From assembly GCA_963804955.1 (NCBI GenBank), contig CAWDSQ010000022.1, positions 1-64,000 on the forward strand: a stretch of 64,000 nt of DNA, in the 5' to 3' direction. Numbering within the stretch: position 1 is the stretch's first letter; each line of letters starts with the position of its first letter. This DNA is from an uncultured delta proteobacterium. GTDB taxonomy: Bacteria; Desulfobacterota; WTBG01; CAIYCZ01; CAIRTM01. Shown here piece by piece: positions 34,127 to 46,050 of the stretch. The notes under the pieces are model-generated. The model saw nothing but the letters and a program-made list of their open reading frames with translations. It was not told the DNA's origin and did no database searches. A program made the position numbers and the translations under genes.

Positions 34127-35705
34127 ATGCAGAGTATCGGCGTCGTTTTCAAACAGGAAGAGATGGTTCTGGTTGCCCTGAAGCAGGGCTTTGCCGACTA
34201 CCAGCTCGAGGGATACCGTATCCTGCCGTTTCTTGATCTGAAGGACGAGGAGCGGGACCAGGCCATAGTGCATAATATTGAGCGTTTTGTTCAGGCGCTA
34301 TGCGGGCGGCAAGGATAATATCTTCATTGCCCTGCCTCGCGACATGGCGCTGGTTCAGTTTCTGCAGATACCGGCCGCAGCTGAAGAAAATCTGGGAGCG
34401 ACGCTCGGTTTTGAGATAGACCGCTACACGCCGTTCGGCTTTGATGATGTGTATTATGACTGGCATGTCCTCAACCGCCTGCCCGACAGCGGCCTGATTA
34501 CCGTGATGCTTATCACCATGAAGCGCACGATTGTCGACTACTATCTCGGCCTGTTCGCCAAACTCGATATACGGCCCCAGGGCATAGAGATAACCACCAC
34601 GGCTCTGTGCAATGCATTTTCCAGGCATCCAGGGCGCACTGGACCGGCTGCAGGATATGTCCTGGCTTCAGGAAAGCGGCATCATAAACAACCGTATGCT
34701 GGGTCTGGTTGGAAAAATTGCCCCAAAGGCAGCCCGGTTTTTAGAGGGCGTGCAGGACAGGAAACCAGCAACACAGAATGTTGATGTGCTGGTTGAGTTT
34801 CTCGACGCTTCCCGCTGTGAAATTGCCGTCCTTGTCCACAACTGCTTATGCTCTTTCTCAGGTGGTGCCCCTGTCAGCGTCCGCCGAAGCCGTGCAGTTG
34901 CAGGAGATTCATGAGGCAGGGCACAGGTCCCTGATCTATCTGCCTGCCCTTGGCCAGGAGCGCAATCTGCCGCTGCGTTTTTGCCTGTCGGGCAGAGAAA
35001 TGCAGCCCGATTTTCTGGACACGGCGCCTGAATCTCTGGCCGGCTCTTTTTTCGTGCAGCGAACTCTGCCTGTCCAGCATAAGAAATTCGCCCATGACAC
35101 CATAGCCGGCGCGCTGCCGGTGCTGGCCATGCCTGCAGGCGTTGCCGTCAAGGGGCTGCGGAGCACCCCTTTTGATATCAATCTAATTCCTGCGGCGCGG
35201 CGTCCGAAACGCAAAAAGAGCAAGCGCAAACTGGTGGCAGCCGCAGCCTTTCTTGCTTTGCTGGTCGCACTGAGCACCTATACGGCGGCGCGCAACATGA
35301 AGATGAAGGAGCGCCTCAATGTGCTCACTGAGGAAGTGAACGGCCTGCGCAGGCAGGTGCAGACAATTGAGGAGCTGCAGCAGGAGTCTCAGCGCCGGGA
35401 AAAATTTGTCGCCGCCATGAAGACCATACGCGGCAACGACATGAGCAAACTGCGGATACTTGAAGAGCTGACGACGCCTGATACCCGACGACAGCTGGCT
35501 GAACGAATTAAACTATAAGGCTGAAGAGAAAAAAATAAGAATTTCCGGCTTTGCCGTATCTGCGGCCAAGCTTATCCCCATTCTTGAAGAATCACCGCTG
35601 TTTGACGGCGTAAAATTTTCCACCGTCATCACCACGGACAGGCGCAGCGAAAAAGAGCGCTTCAGGATTGAGATGAATCTGAGCGGAAACACGGCCAAAC
35701 AATGA
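34127..35705 (+). CDS. gspL: GspL/PilM-PilN-like assembly protein, frameshifted
   Basis: 'FEIDRYTPF', 'INLIP' before a TM segment, coiled coil, PilN-like 'ISGFA...LEESPLF'. Confidence 0.7.
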
Positions 35706-36268
35706 AGCTCTCTAAACGCGATAAAAAACTCATCATCGCCGGCGCTGTAGCCGTAGCGATTTTTTGCCATTCTTAAATTCGGACTTTTTCCTGTATACGA
35801 CACCTTTGTTGAGCGCCGCAAAGAGATTGCACAGAAGGAGAAAACCCAAGAGAAATATCTCAAGTTTCTCAAGGAACAGGCCGATTTTCAGAAGAGTGGG
35901 AAGGACAGGGGCAAGGAAGAGGTTTTGGTGCAGCAAAGCCTTCTGAAGGGGGAAACTGCGTCCCTTGCCGCCGCCGATATTCAGAAGATAGTTGACGGGT
36001 TCGCCAAGGAGAGCAAGGTCGACATGCAGAGCGTGAAGGTGCTCGACTCGGACACCAAGGACGACTTTGTGGTCATTCCAGTCCAGATATCCTTTTCTTC
36101 AGACCTGACTCGACTGGTGAAATTCGTGCAAAGCATTGAAACGGACAAGAAGCTGCTGACGATTCCTGAGCTGAAAATCAGGGTCAAAAACGAACATGAA
36201 GCCGCAGGATGTATCGGTGACGCATGACGGTTGCCGGCTACATGAAAAAAGGGGAAAACAGGAAGTAG
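35702..36268 (+). CDS. gspM: GspM/PilO-like protein, frameshifted
   Basis: 'MKLSKRDK' + TM segment; ferredoxin-like 'LVKFVQSIE'. Confidence 0.7.
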
Positions 36269-36288
36269 GAAGGCGAGACTGAGGATTC

Positions 36289-38605
36289 ATGCGTTTATTT
36301 AAGATACGTTTCATGGCTGTGCTGCTGGCGGTTGCGCTTACGGCGTGCTCTGCTTTTAACGGACAGGTTGCACAGACTGACGATACGCTCCAGGACGGAG
36401 CGGCATTAGGCGATCAGGTCAAAGCTCCGGGCATCCCCGCTGCTTCAGCGCCTGCTCAGGCCGGGAAAAAATCAGATGCGCCCCTGCGCACAGCAGACCC
36501 CGTCCTGAAGGGCATACCCGTCCAATCAGCATCAAGGGCAATGCCCGGCCTTGGCAAAGATGCAGCTCAGGGAGAAGCCCCTGCATGCCGGCTCCGACAA
36601 TGCAAGCAGCCAGGGCCGCGGGGCTATGATAGCGCTTAATTTCGACAATGCCGATATTTTTGAAGTTATCAATGCCCTGTCGGACTTTCTTGATATAAAC
36701 TATATTATTGACCCTGCGATCAAGGGCAAGGTCAATATCCACACCACCAGCGAAGTTGACAAGCGCCAGCTGCTGTCCATTCTTGAAACAATTTTTGAGA
36801 TGAACAATATCTCTGTGGTCAAACAGGGCGAATTCTATAAAATTTTGCCGTCCAAGGATGCCCAGAAACAGGGGGTTCAGGTGGGCATGGGCCGCGATAT
36901 TGATAAGCCCGACTCACCAGACCGCATGGCAATTCAAATTATACCCCTGAAATATGTTCCGTCTGCAGAGGTCGTCAAGGTTATCAAGCCGTTTTCCAGC
37001 AAAAACGGCGAGATGGTTGAATTCACCAAGGCCAATATCATCATCCTGTTTGATACTGTTGCCAATATTCAGAAAATCGTTACGCTGGTCAATGTTATCG
37101 ATTCCGATGCATTTGAAAACAATGAAATTCGCTTTTTTAAGGTAAAAAACGCCAATGTTACGGATTTAGCCAAGGAGCTGGAGGGTATATATCACGTCCC
37201 TTGGCATTGAGAAGGCAACCGGCAAGGGGATCGGCCTTGCCGTGGTGCCTGTGGAGCGGGCCAGCATTGTTGTGGCCGTAAGCCCCATACCGGGAGTGCT
37301 TGACCAGATGCAGCACTGGGTTGATGTGCTTGATACGATCGACAAGGATGCCGACGAGCAGATATTCATTTATTTTGTAGAAAACGGCAAATCCGAGGAA
37401 ATAGCAGATATCCTGGTTCAGCTGTACGGCGGCGAAGCCTCGAACCGCTCGGGCGAAGACAGAAATGCACGTAGAAAAAGCAGAGACAGTTCATCAAAAT
37501 GGAGCAGCGCAAGCGGCCAGCGGCGCGATAGTTCAAGCGGCACCGGCACCGGCTCGCAGCAGCAGCTCCAGCAGATCAAAAGCCAGCGCCACAGGCGCCA
37601 AGGCCAAGACAAGCAGCTATATTGGAAAACAATATTATGATCGTGACCGATGAGGCCACCAATGCCATCATCGTCAGGTCGAACTCTCAGGACTATGCCA
37701 AGATCAGGGAGACCATTCAGCGGCTGGATATCATTCCGCGGCAGGTGCTCATAGAGGTTTTCATAGGCGAGGTGGGGCTGTCTGGAGATACTCAGTTCGG
37801 CGTCGAGTGGGCCCTGCTCCAGAACAATGACAAGCTGGGCGGCTACAAGGGCTCCAGCAAATCAGGGCAGAATTTCGGGGCGGGGCTTGATGCTGCCCTT
37901 GATCCGACCGCAGCGGCCAGCGTCGGGTTCACCTATCTGTTTCAATCAGATCGCCTGCAGGCATTTTTGATCGCTCAGGCCAGCAATAACAAGCTCAATA
38001 TTCTTTCAACGCCCAATATCATAGCCTCCGACAATAAAGAGGCGCGCATCGAGGTCGGCGAGGAAGTTCCCATCGTCACCAGCGAATATGTGCCCCTTGA
38101 TACCTACGGAACAGGAACCGCAACCAACAGCTTCAACTCAACATCCCGCTCCATCGAATACCGCAACACGGGCATTATTCTTGAGGTGACGCCACGCATC
38201 AATGAAAAGGGCCTGGTTGCCATGGATATCAGCCAGGAGGTGAGTAAAGCCCAGCCCATCACTGCAAGCGGCATCCAGTCGCCCACCATCACCAACCGCC
38301 TGGCCGAAACATCGGTTGTGGTGCAGGATGGCAAAACAGTGGTGATCGGCGGCATTATCAATAATGAGGGAACCTCAACCCAAAGCGGCATACCCTATCT
38401 TTCAAAAATTCCGCTCCTGGGGTATCTGTTCAGCTACACGACGGACGGCACCTCGAAACGCGAGCTCATTATCATGCTCACGCCCCATGTTATCAAGGAC
38501 ATTGGCGAAGCCGGTGCAATAACCGAAGAGTACAAGTCAAAGATGACAGAAATCAGAAGGCTGTTGAAGCGCGACGAGGGCGAATGGGCGAAAACCTATC
38601 AGTAA
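36289..38605 (+). CDS. gspD: Type II secretion secretin GspD, frameshifted
   Basis: 'LNFDNADI', 'DEATNAIIV', 'RQVLIEVFIGEV', 'YRNTGIILEVTPRI', 'IPLLGYLF'. Confidence 0.93.
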
Positions 38606-38631
38606 AGCCTCGCCTGCAGTCATACCATATC

Positions 38632-38668
38632 GACCCCGCCCGGCGTCACCCTGCCAGGCGGGGTTTTT
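38632..38668 (+). terminator. Intrinsic terminator after gspD
   Basis: ACCCCGCC...GGCGGGGT + T-tract. Confidence 0.7.
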
Positions 38669-38890
38669 GTTTTTCTGCTAATGCTTTGCCAGCGAAAGCC
38701 CTCACATACGAGTGCTTGAAATGAGCACGACGTCCCTGCAGCAATCAACGGTCGACAAGAGACTGTTCCCTTCATCTCGGGCGAACGGAGAGATCTTTAA
38801 AGATTGATGTGCACTGAGCAGTCTTTAGGACTTGGTGCCCTTGAAATGACAATGCGGCTGTAGCAATTAAGAACAGCACTTGCAGCAGCA

Positions 38891-40222
38891 TCAATGGTCT
38901 TCCGGGGTTTCGGCTTCCTGACCTGCCGGGTCGCTGACCGCCTTGAGCCTCACGAGAGTTACACTCCGCTTACCCTTTTGCAAAATCGTGCATTCATAGC
39001 CGGCGAAATTGATTGTTTCGCTTATTTCGGGGATGCGGCCGAAGGCATCGTTGACAAGCCCGCTCACGGTGTCATACTGCTCGCTTTCAGGCAGGGGAAT
39101 GGGCAGGTGCTCATTGGCATCGGTAATGGCGGCAGAGGCGCGCACATTGTATTCGTGCTCTCCTGCTTTTTCCACAATGGGCTTTTCCTCGTCATATTCA
39201 TCCTGAATTTCGCCCACCAGCTCTTCCATGATGTCCTCAAGGGTCACCATGCCCGACGTGCCGCCGAATTCATCAACCACGACGGCCATGTGAATGCGTT
39301 TGCGCTGAAATTCGCGCAGCAGCTTGTTTATGGGTTTGGTCTCGGGCACGAAATAGGCGGGCCGCACAAGATCATGCAGAATGATCAGCTGGGGGTTGCG
39401 CATGAGGGCGATAATGTCTTTGGCATGTACCACGCCGATGATATTGTCGATAGTGCCCTGATAGACCGGCACGCGCGAGAATCCCTCCTCGATGAAGAAA
39501 TCAACCACCCTGTCGCCCGCTGTCGTGATGTCAAGGGCTATAATGCGCGTTCGGGGAACCATGATCTGGCGCACCGTTCGCTCGGAGAATTCAAACACAT
39601 TGGTGATCAGCTCATGCTCTGCGGTTTTGATGGCGCCGGAGGCCTTGCCCTGGTCAAGAATAAGGCGAAGCTCTTCGGTCGAGTAGAGCTCATGCTGGCT
39701 CAGGGGCTTGATTCCGATGAGCTTGAGCAGGCCGTTTGCCGTGCTGTTGAGCGCCCAGATAAGCGGGCTGAAGATGAAGTGAAACGCGCGCAGCGGCAGG
39801 GCGACAAACATGGCCGTGCGCTCGGTGTACTGAACGGCAAGGGATTTGGGCGCAAGCTCACCAAGCACTATATGCAGGGCGGTAATCGTAAAGAACGCCG
39901 TGGGGAGCGCGAGTTTATGTATCGTTTCAGGCGACAGGGATATATGCAGCAGGCTGAAGACCGTTATGAATATCTCGGTCACGACACTTTCGCCGATCCA
40001 GCCAAGGCCAAGGCTCGCAAATGTTATGCCCAGCTGAGTCGCCGAAAGATACACGTCAAGGTGATTGACGATATGCTCGGTCACCCGCGCGACATTGCTG
40101 CCCGACTGCCCCCGCAGCTGAATCTGGGAAAGGCGAACCTTGACAATGGCGAATTCCGCAGCAACAAAAAAAGCGTTGAGAAGAACAAGCAGGATGGTCA
40201 GCAGTATGTTGAATGCTATCAT
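38891..40222 (-). CDS. Hemolysin family / HlyC-CorC CBS-domain transporter (CNNM)
   Basis: 'NAFFVAAEFA', 'TQLGIT', 'GELAPK', 'FSRVPVY', 'VVDEFGGTSG'. Confidence 0.95.
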   Translation of the reverse strand: MIAFNILLTILLVLLNAFFVAAEFAIVKVRLSQIQLRGQSGSNVARVTEHIVNHLDVYLSATQLGITFASLGLGWIGESVVTEIFITVFSLLHISLSPETIHKLALPTAFFTITALHIVLGELAPKSLAVQYTERTAMFVALPLRAFHFIFSPLIWALNSTANGLLKLIGIKPLSQHELYSTEELRLILDQGKASGAIKTAEHELITNVFEFSERTVRQIMVPRTRIIALDITTAGDRVVDFFIEEGFSRVPVYQGTIDNIIGVVHAKDIIALMRNPQLIILHDLVRPAYFVPETKPINKLLREFQRKRIHMAVVVDEFGGTSGMVTLEDIMEELVGEIQDEYDEEKPIVEKAGEHEYNVRASAAITDANEHLPIPLPESEQYDTVSGLVNDAFGRIPEISETINFAGYECTILQKGKRSVTLVRLKAVSDPAGQEAETPEDH

Positions 40223-40311
40223 CTGGTAAACTGTTTAATTAGCTTGGATTTTCATTATCTATCAGCATATAATGCCTACCGGTGTTTGTCAAGGTGGAGG
40301 CCGATACAGCA

Positions 40312-41529
40312 ATGCTGGATACAACAACATACGATTTCAATACCGTCATAGAGCGGCGCGGCACAGCTTCGGTGAAATGGGATCTCGCGGACAGGCTTTT
40401 TGGCGGGCAGGACCTGCTTCCCCTGTGGGTAGCTGACATGGACTTTGAATCCCCTCAGCCCGTGATCGACGCTCTTGCGGGTCGCGCCCGGCATGGTATT
40501 TTCGGCTACTCCGCGTGCATGGACGGCTATTATGAAGCCGCTCTATCCTGGATGCGCGAGCGTCATGGCTGGCAGCTGCAGAGAGACTGGATGGTATTCT
40601 GCCCCGGCGTTGTGCCGGCCCTCAATATGGCGGTGCAGGCTTTTACCCGTCCCGGCGGCGGGGTTATTATTCAGCAGCCGGTCTACTATCCCTTCATGCG
40701 ATCAATTCTGGCAAACGGGCGGCGCATCGTCAACAACTCCCTGCGGCTCTCGGCAGGCCGCTATGAAATGGACTTTGACGACCTTGCCCGCAAGGCCCGT
40801 GATCCTGATGTTACGCTTATGATACTGTGCAGCCCGCACAATCCGGTGGGCAGGGTCTGGACGCAGGCTGAGCTGGAGCTGCTGGGCGCCATCTGCTGCG
40901 ACAACAAGATTACCGTTGTTGCCGATGAGATTCATGCAGACCTTGTGCTGTCAGGCTATCGCCACATTCCCTTTGCCGCCATATCTCATGACTTCCTGCA
41001 GGCAGCCATCACCTGCACCTCCCCCAGCAAAACCTTCAATCTTGCAGGCCTGCATACAGCCCATGCCATTATCGCAGACCCCGAGAAGCGGAAATCATTT
41101 TCCAATGCCCTGGTGCACAGCGGTTTGCAGTGGCCCAATGCTTTCGGCACGGTGGCCCATGAGGCAGCCTACTCCAGCGGAGGGCCGTGGCTTGCGCAGT
41201 TGCTTGTCTATTTGCAGGGGAACCTTGAATTTTTGAAAGCATTCATAGCAGAGAATCTGCCGCAGGTGCAGGTCATAGAGCCCGAGGCAACCTATCTTGT
41301 GTGGCTCGATTGCAGAGCTCTCGGGCTTGACTGGAAGGGGCTAAAAAATCTTATGCAGCAAGAGGCTGGAGTCGCCCTTGATGAAGGCTATATTTTCGGC
41401 GACGAGGGGCGCGGTTTTGAGCGCATAAACATTGCCTGCCCGAGAAGCATTCTGCGGAATTGCCTCGAGCGCATGGCAGCAGCGGTGAAGCGGCATGCCG
41501 GTACTGCTCATACACCCGCCGGTCTCTAA
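40312..41529 (+). CDS. MalY/PatB family PLP-dependent enzyme (cystathionine beta-lyase-like)
   Basis: 'LWVADMDF', 'LCSPHNPVGRVW', 'DEIHADL', 'SPSKTFNLAGL'. Confidence 0.93.
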   Translation: MLDTTTYDFNTVIERRGTASVKWDLADRLFGGQDLLPLWVADMDFESPQPVIDALAGRARHGIFGYSACMDGYYEAALSWMRERHGWQLQRDWMVFCPGVVPALNMAVQAFTRPGGGVIIQQPVYYPFMRSILANGRRIVNNSLRLSAGRYEMDFDDLARKARDPDVTLMILCSPHNPVGRVWTQAELELLGAICCDNKITVVADEIHADLVLSGYRHIPFAAISHDFLQAAITCTSPSKTFNLAGLHTAHAIIADPEKRKSFSNALVHSGLQWPNAFGTVAHEAAYSSGGPWLAQLLVYLQGNLEFLKAFIAENLPQVQVIEPEATYLVWLDCRALGLDWKGLKNLMQQEAGVALDEGYIFGDEGRGFERINIACPRSILRNCLERMAAAVKRHAGTAHTPAGL

Positions 41530-43015
41530 GCCCTGCGAACCGCCGCCGGGCCTGGCGCGGCTTGCAGGCGCTCTTGCCGCCGCCGGCATCACCTGTCGCA
41601 TGTGGGACGCAAACCTTGAGGGGCTTCTGTACCTGCTGCGCCTGCCCCTGCCTGCGCAGGACATCTGGACACGTCGTGCCGTTAAAAATAGCCAGGCGAA
41701 CCTTGCTGCTCTTCGGAGCCCCGCCATAGTCGATAACCCCGACCGCTACAGCCGTAAGGTCAAAGATATAAGCCGCGTGCTGACGGCCCATGCTGAACTG
41801 CATGGCGCAGAACTTACCCTTGCGGACTACAGCGATGGGGCCCTCTCGCCGGTGCGAAGCCGGGATCTTGAACGTGCAGCAGAGCAGCCTGAAAATAATC
41901 TGTTTTACGAGTATTTCAGCCTGCGGCTGCGGGAAATTCTTGCCCGAGACGGGCCGCGGGTCATCGGGTTTTCGGTAAACTTTCTGAGCCAGGCGCTCAC
42001 GGCATGGGCCATGATGGGCTTTCTCAGGCGCGAGGGATGCCGGGCCACTATTGTGCTTGGGGGCGGGCTTATTACCTCCTGGCTGCGAAGGCCCGGCCTG
42101 CCACAGCTTGCTGCCGGTCTTGCCGATCATCTGGCAGCAGGCCCGGGAGAAGAACTGCTGTTGCGCCTGGCTGGTTGCACAGAAGACGGGGCAGATGCAT
42201 GCATGCCCGATTACTCGGGCTTTCGTCTTGACGAGTATTTTTCACCGTGCCGGATTCTGCCGTTCAGCACGGCAGCGGGCTGTTACTGGGCCGCCTGCTC
42301 GTTCTGTCCGGAACAGGCCGAAGGCAATCCATACCGGCCTCTGCCCATAGAGGTCTCAGGCGTGCAGCTTCGGGAGCTTGTGCGGCTGCATAAGCCGCGG
42401 CTGCTGCATCTTGTGGACAATGCCCTAAGCCCGGCATTTTTAAAAAACATGATAAAAAATCCGCCCGGCGCTGCCTGGTACGGCTTTGCCCGCGTGACAC
42501 CGGAACTGCAGGATGAGGGCTTCTGCAGGCAGTTGCGGGAGTCGGGCTGCGTGATGCTGCAGCTGGGGCTGGAGTCGGGCGATGACGGTGTTCTTGCAGA
42601 GCTGGGCAAGGGCATAACGGCGGCACAGTCGGCAGGGGCGCTTGCAGCGCTGCACAGGGCGGGCATCGGCGCCTATGTGTATCTGCTGTTCGGCACGCCT
42701 GCTGAAACGGGCGATTCAGCGCGGCGCACGCTTGACTTTACCGTTGCGAACAGCAGGCATATTGATTTTCTCAATCTTGCTATTTTCAATATGCCGGTCA
42801 ATGCCGTTGATGCCGCCAGTCTGGCCACCGGCGCTTTTTATGATGGCGACCTTGCGCTGTATACGGGATTCGAACATCCCCATGGCTGGGGCCGAAGCCA
42901 GGTTCGCCGGTTTCTGGACCGCGAGTTTAAGCGCCATCCTGCCATAGCGCCCATACTGCGGCGCGATCCGCCGTTTTTTACCTCGAATCACGCCCCTTTT
43001 TTTATCCGGTCGTGA
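41495..43015 (+). CDS. Radical SAM protein (B12-binding-like N-terminus)
   Basis: 'LLIHPP', 'GCYWAACSFC', 'LGLESG', 'LLFGTPAET'. Confidence 0.85.
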   Translation: MPVLLIHPPVSKPCEPPPGLARLAGALAAAGITCRMWDANLEGLLYLLRLPLPAQDIWTRRAVKNSQANLAALRSPAIVDNPDRYSRKVKDISRVLTAHAELHGAELTLADYSDGALSPVRSRDLERAAEQPENNLFYEYFSLRLREILARDGPRVIGFSVNFLSQALTAWAMMGFLRREGCRATIVLGGGLITSWLRRPGLPQLAAGLADHLAAGPGEELLLRLAGCTEDGADACMPDYSGFRLDEYFSPCRILPFSTAAGCYWAACSFCPEQAEGNPYRPLPIEVSGVQLRELVRLHKPRLLHLVDNALSPAFLKNMIKNPPGAAWYGFARVTPELQDEGFCRQLRESGCVMLQLGLESGDDGVLAELGKGITAAQSAGALAALHRAGIGAYVYLLFGTPAETGDSARRTLDFTVANSRHIDFLNLAIFNMPVNAVDAASLATGAFYDGDLALYTGFEHPHGWGRSQVRRFLDREFKRHPAIAPILRRDPPFFTSNHAPFFIRS

Positions 43016-43055
43016 ACCCGGTATGCGTTCTACGGGAAAAGAGTCTCTTGTTCAG

Positions 43056-43928
43056 CTAAAAATACCGTCCGACGGCAATGGAAAAATACGGGCCCGACAA
43101 ATCTATATCCATCCGCTGCCGCGCAGTTATATCAGCCGGTATCCGTCTGCCGCCTATTTTGAGCTCATCGGTTACATGCAGCTTCGCGTTGCCCTTGAGC
43201 CTGTTCCAGATTTGAAAGGCCGAAACCGTTACAACCCACCGGTTCATCTGCGGGGAAATATTGCCGAGGTTGACATTAAAACCCGTCATCATTTTATAGC
43301 CCCATTCGCTGCTGGTCCAGTTGCTCTGCGCCCTGTCGTAAAAATAGCCGCCCTTGCGAAACTTGAAGGCTGCTTCACTTCTGAAAAACGTATAGCCCAG
43401 CCCCGCTGCGATAAAGGGCTCAATAATCCTGCCGGAGGCATACTGATCCTTGTAGTCCGTGGTCAATGGGTAATAATAGATATTTGACCATAGCTCAACA
43501 GCGCTGTAGCGCTGCCGCATCCGGATGGCGACATCAAAGGGCGTTTGCTGAAAGCCGGTGCTTGACGATATGAGCGATCCGGTTGCCCCTGCAATCGCAA
43601 AATCAGCCTTGAAATATTTCGACAGATCTTTCCAGAGCACAAGGTCTATCGTCTGTATGGTCATGGTGTCCCAGTCTTTCAGATCACTGCCGGTCAAGCG
43701 ATTTATATCCCGTATCACGTGGTTGGCGTTGGTGAGCTTCGGCTGGCAGTTGGTCGTCTGGAGCTTAATGCCGTCAAAAAAAGGCATCTTAAATTTGCCG
43801 GCTCCGGACGCACCTGAAGCAACAGGCCCGTCATCAGCAAAGCAGGGAGCCATGTGACAAAAAAAGAAAGCTGCGCACAGCAGCAGGGCTGAAAAAAAGG
43901 CGTGAACGAAACAATGCTGTCTGGTCAT
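43056..43928 (-). CDS. Hypothetical exported protein, probable outer-membrane beta-barrel
   Basis: Signal peptide, amphipathic strands 'PFIAAGLGYTF', C-terminal 'YFSIAVGRYF'. Confidence 0.6.
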   Translation of the reverse strand: MTRQHCFVHAFFSALLLCAAFFFCHMAPCFADDGPVASGASGAGKFKMPFFDGIKLQTTNCQPKLTNANHVIRDINRLTGSDLKDWDTMTIQTIDLVLWKDLSKYFKADFAIAGATGSLISSSTGFQQTPFDVAIRMRQRYSAVELWSNIYYYPLTTDYKDQYASGRIIEPFIAAGLGYTFFRSEAAFKFRKGGYFYDRAQSNWTSSEWGYKMMTGFNVNLGNISPQMNRWVVTVSAFQIWNRLKGNAKLHVTDELKIGGRRIPADITARQRMDIDLSGPYFSIAVGRYF

Positions 43929-45896
43929 TGCGCGGTGCTCCGGTCAAGAACACAGCGGATTGCTTCTGCCATGTCACGCATCAGCAGCGGTTTTTTTATA
44001 ATGTCTCGAAATCCATGCTCTTGTGCATTATCCGTGTCACCGAAATCCAGATAGCCGGTACAGAGGATTACGGGGAGGTCTGGTTTTATGCGGAGTATCT
44101 CTCTGCCAAAATCAAAACCCGTCATACACGGCATATTTTTGTCTGTTATGACCAGATCAAACCGGTCGGGGTTTTCGTTGAACAGGTCAAGGGCTTCAAG
44201 GACATTGGTCATGGCCACCACCGAATACCCCATTTCTTCAAGCATTTCCCTGACCACCTCGACAGCCGCATCTTCGTCGTCGACAAACAGGATTCGTTCG
44301 CTTCCTGAAGTCAAGGCGGCATCCTTCTCATCCTTCTCATCGCCAGCCTGTTCTTCAAGCCGGGGCAGAAGCACAGAGAACGTTGTTCCCTTGCCGAACT
44401 CGCCGCTGACAAGAATTTTTCCCCCGTAATTCTTCACAATGCCGTGCACGACCGAAAGCCCCATGCCGGTGCCTTCGCCGGGAGCTTTCGTCGTAAAAAA
44501 GGGGTCAAAGATCCGGTCAATAACTTTGGGATTTATACCGTCGCCGGTGTCGCGTACCGTCAGTTTGAGATACTCCCCTGGAGCAAGTTCGGGAAACTGC
44601 TCCTTCGAAGCCGGATCGATATGCACTTCATCAAGCGCCACCTCAAGAATCCCGCCCTTTTCCTTCATGGCCTGCGCCGCATTGGTGCACAGGTTCATGA
44701 TTATCTGATGCACCTGCGTCGGGTCGGCAAAAACCATATCGGCGGCAGCCCGTATGTTTTCCTGAATTTGAACGTGCCGCGGAAGCCCCACGCATATCAG
44801 CTGGAGCGCCTCCTTGATAATGCTCCCGAGCTTCACCGGCATCCGCTCCTCATCCCGCTGGCGGCTGAACGTCAGAATATGTTTTATCAGGTCTTTGGCG
44901 CGGTTGCCTGCGTTTAATATCTGCGTGAAGATATACTCTGTTTTTCCCTGCTCAATGAGCTTTTTGTGCAGGCCGAGTTCGGCATACCCGACCACGGCGG
45001 TGAGGATGTTATTAAAGTCGTGGGCGATACCGCCGGCCAGCGTGCCGATCGCCTCCATTTTCTGCACCTGAATGAGCTCCTTTTCAGCGCGCTTGCGCTC
45101 CTGCATTTCCACTTCCAGGTCCCTGTTTGCCTGCATCAGCTGCTCAGTGCGCGCCTGAACCCTGCGCCTCCAGCTCCCTGTTTGCCGACTGGACCTTTTC
45201 CCGCTCCAGCTCAAGCAGCTTGGAAAAATAAAAATCCCGGCGGGAGGACATCTCGATGGAATAGCATGAAAACATCCCGATAATGTTTGCGCAGATAAAG
45301 AAGAAATTGTTATTGATAAGCACGGATACCGGCGCATCAATGAGCAGCAGTGATGCCAGCTCATAGAGCACAACAATAACCCATCCGGCAAGGGAGGCCC
45401 AGACAAAGCGAAGTCCTACAAACGTGTAGCCGTACATAAAGATAAGAATAAGGCCTGCGTAATATGAATAGCTTGCAGGCGGCGGGGCAACCAGTATCAT
45501 CTGCACGACGCAGAATCCGACCCAGATCATGGACAGGGCAACGCTGCATTGCATATACTCTCTGAAATGCCGGGTAAAAGAAAAGAGAAGGATCGCCAGC
45601 ACGCCGGGACAAATGAACGCATACCGTATCCACCACAGAACGACTTTTTTCTCTCCTGCCAGAGCAGCGTCCAGGAAACCGAAGACGGCAAAAAGCGCAA
45701 TGGCAAGGAGCAGGGAAAATCGTATCCTGCTGAGCGATTTATTAAAGTAGTTTTCAGAGTACTCCTGTTCAAGCTTCGGCGGAAACGTCAGAGACAAAGG
45801 ATTGAGCTGCATATCCCGGATGCCCGATGACGCGGCGCTCCCCGCAAAGAGAGCGTCGGCATACTTCGCCGTCTGATTTTTTATAAATTTTTTCAT
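43925..45896 (-). CDS. Hybrid sensor histidine kinase/response regulator with a multi-TM N-terminal sensor, frameshifted near 45150
   Basis: About 6 TM segments; 'QKMEAIGTLAGGIAHDFNNIL', 'NLCTNA', 'GTGMGL', REC 'ILFVDDE...VITD...KP'. Confidence 0.92.
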
Positions 45897-46050
45897 AACC
45901 TTATTGTAACACCACTACATACAATTGCCCCTGAAACTTAAAATAATACTAAAGAGGCCTGCCGGTTCTGTGTTATCGGGAGGTGGTTGACCGCATAAAA
46001 AAGAGACGGTATCCGCCGCCTCTTAATGGGAATAATGAAATTTTTTATAT

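Noticed and set aside
630..38605. Programmed ribosomal frameshifting or mass pseudogenisation
   Set aside because: Breaks are scattered across unrelated genes without consistent slippery sites or secondary decay; sequencing error is simpler
38894..40351. Long antisense ORFs (also 3966-5060, 29664-30485, 61749-62888)
   Set aside because: Shadow frames of well-supported genes in GC-rich DNA, with no recognisable motifs
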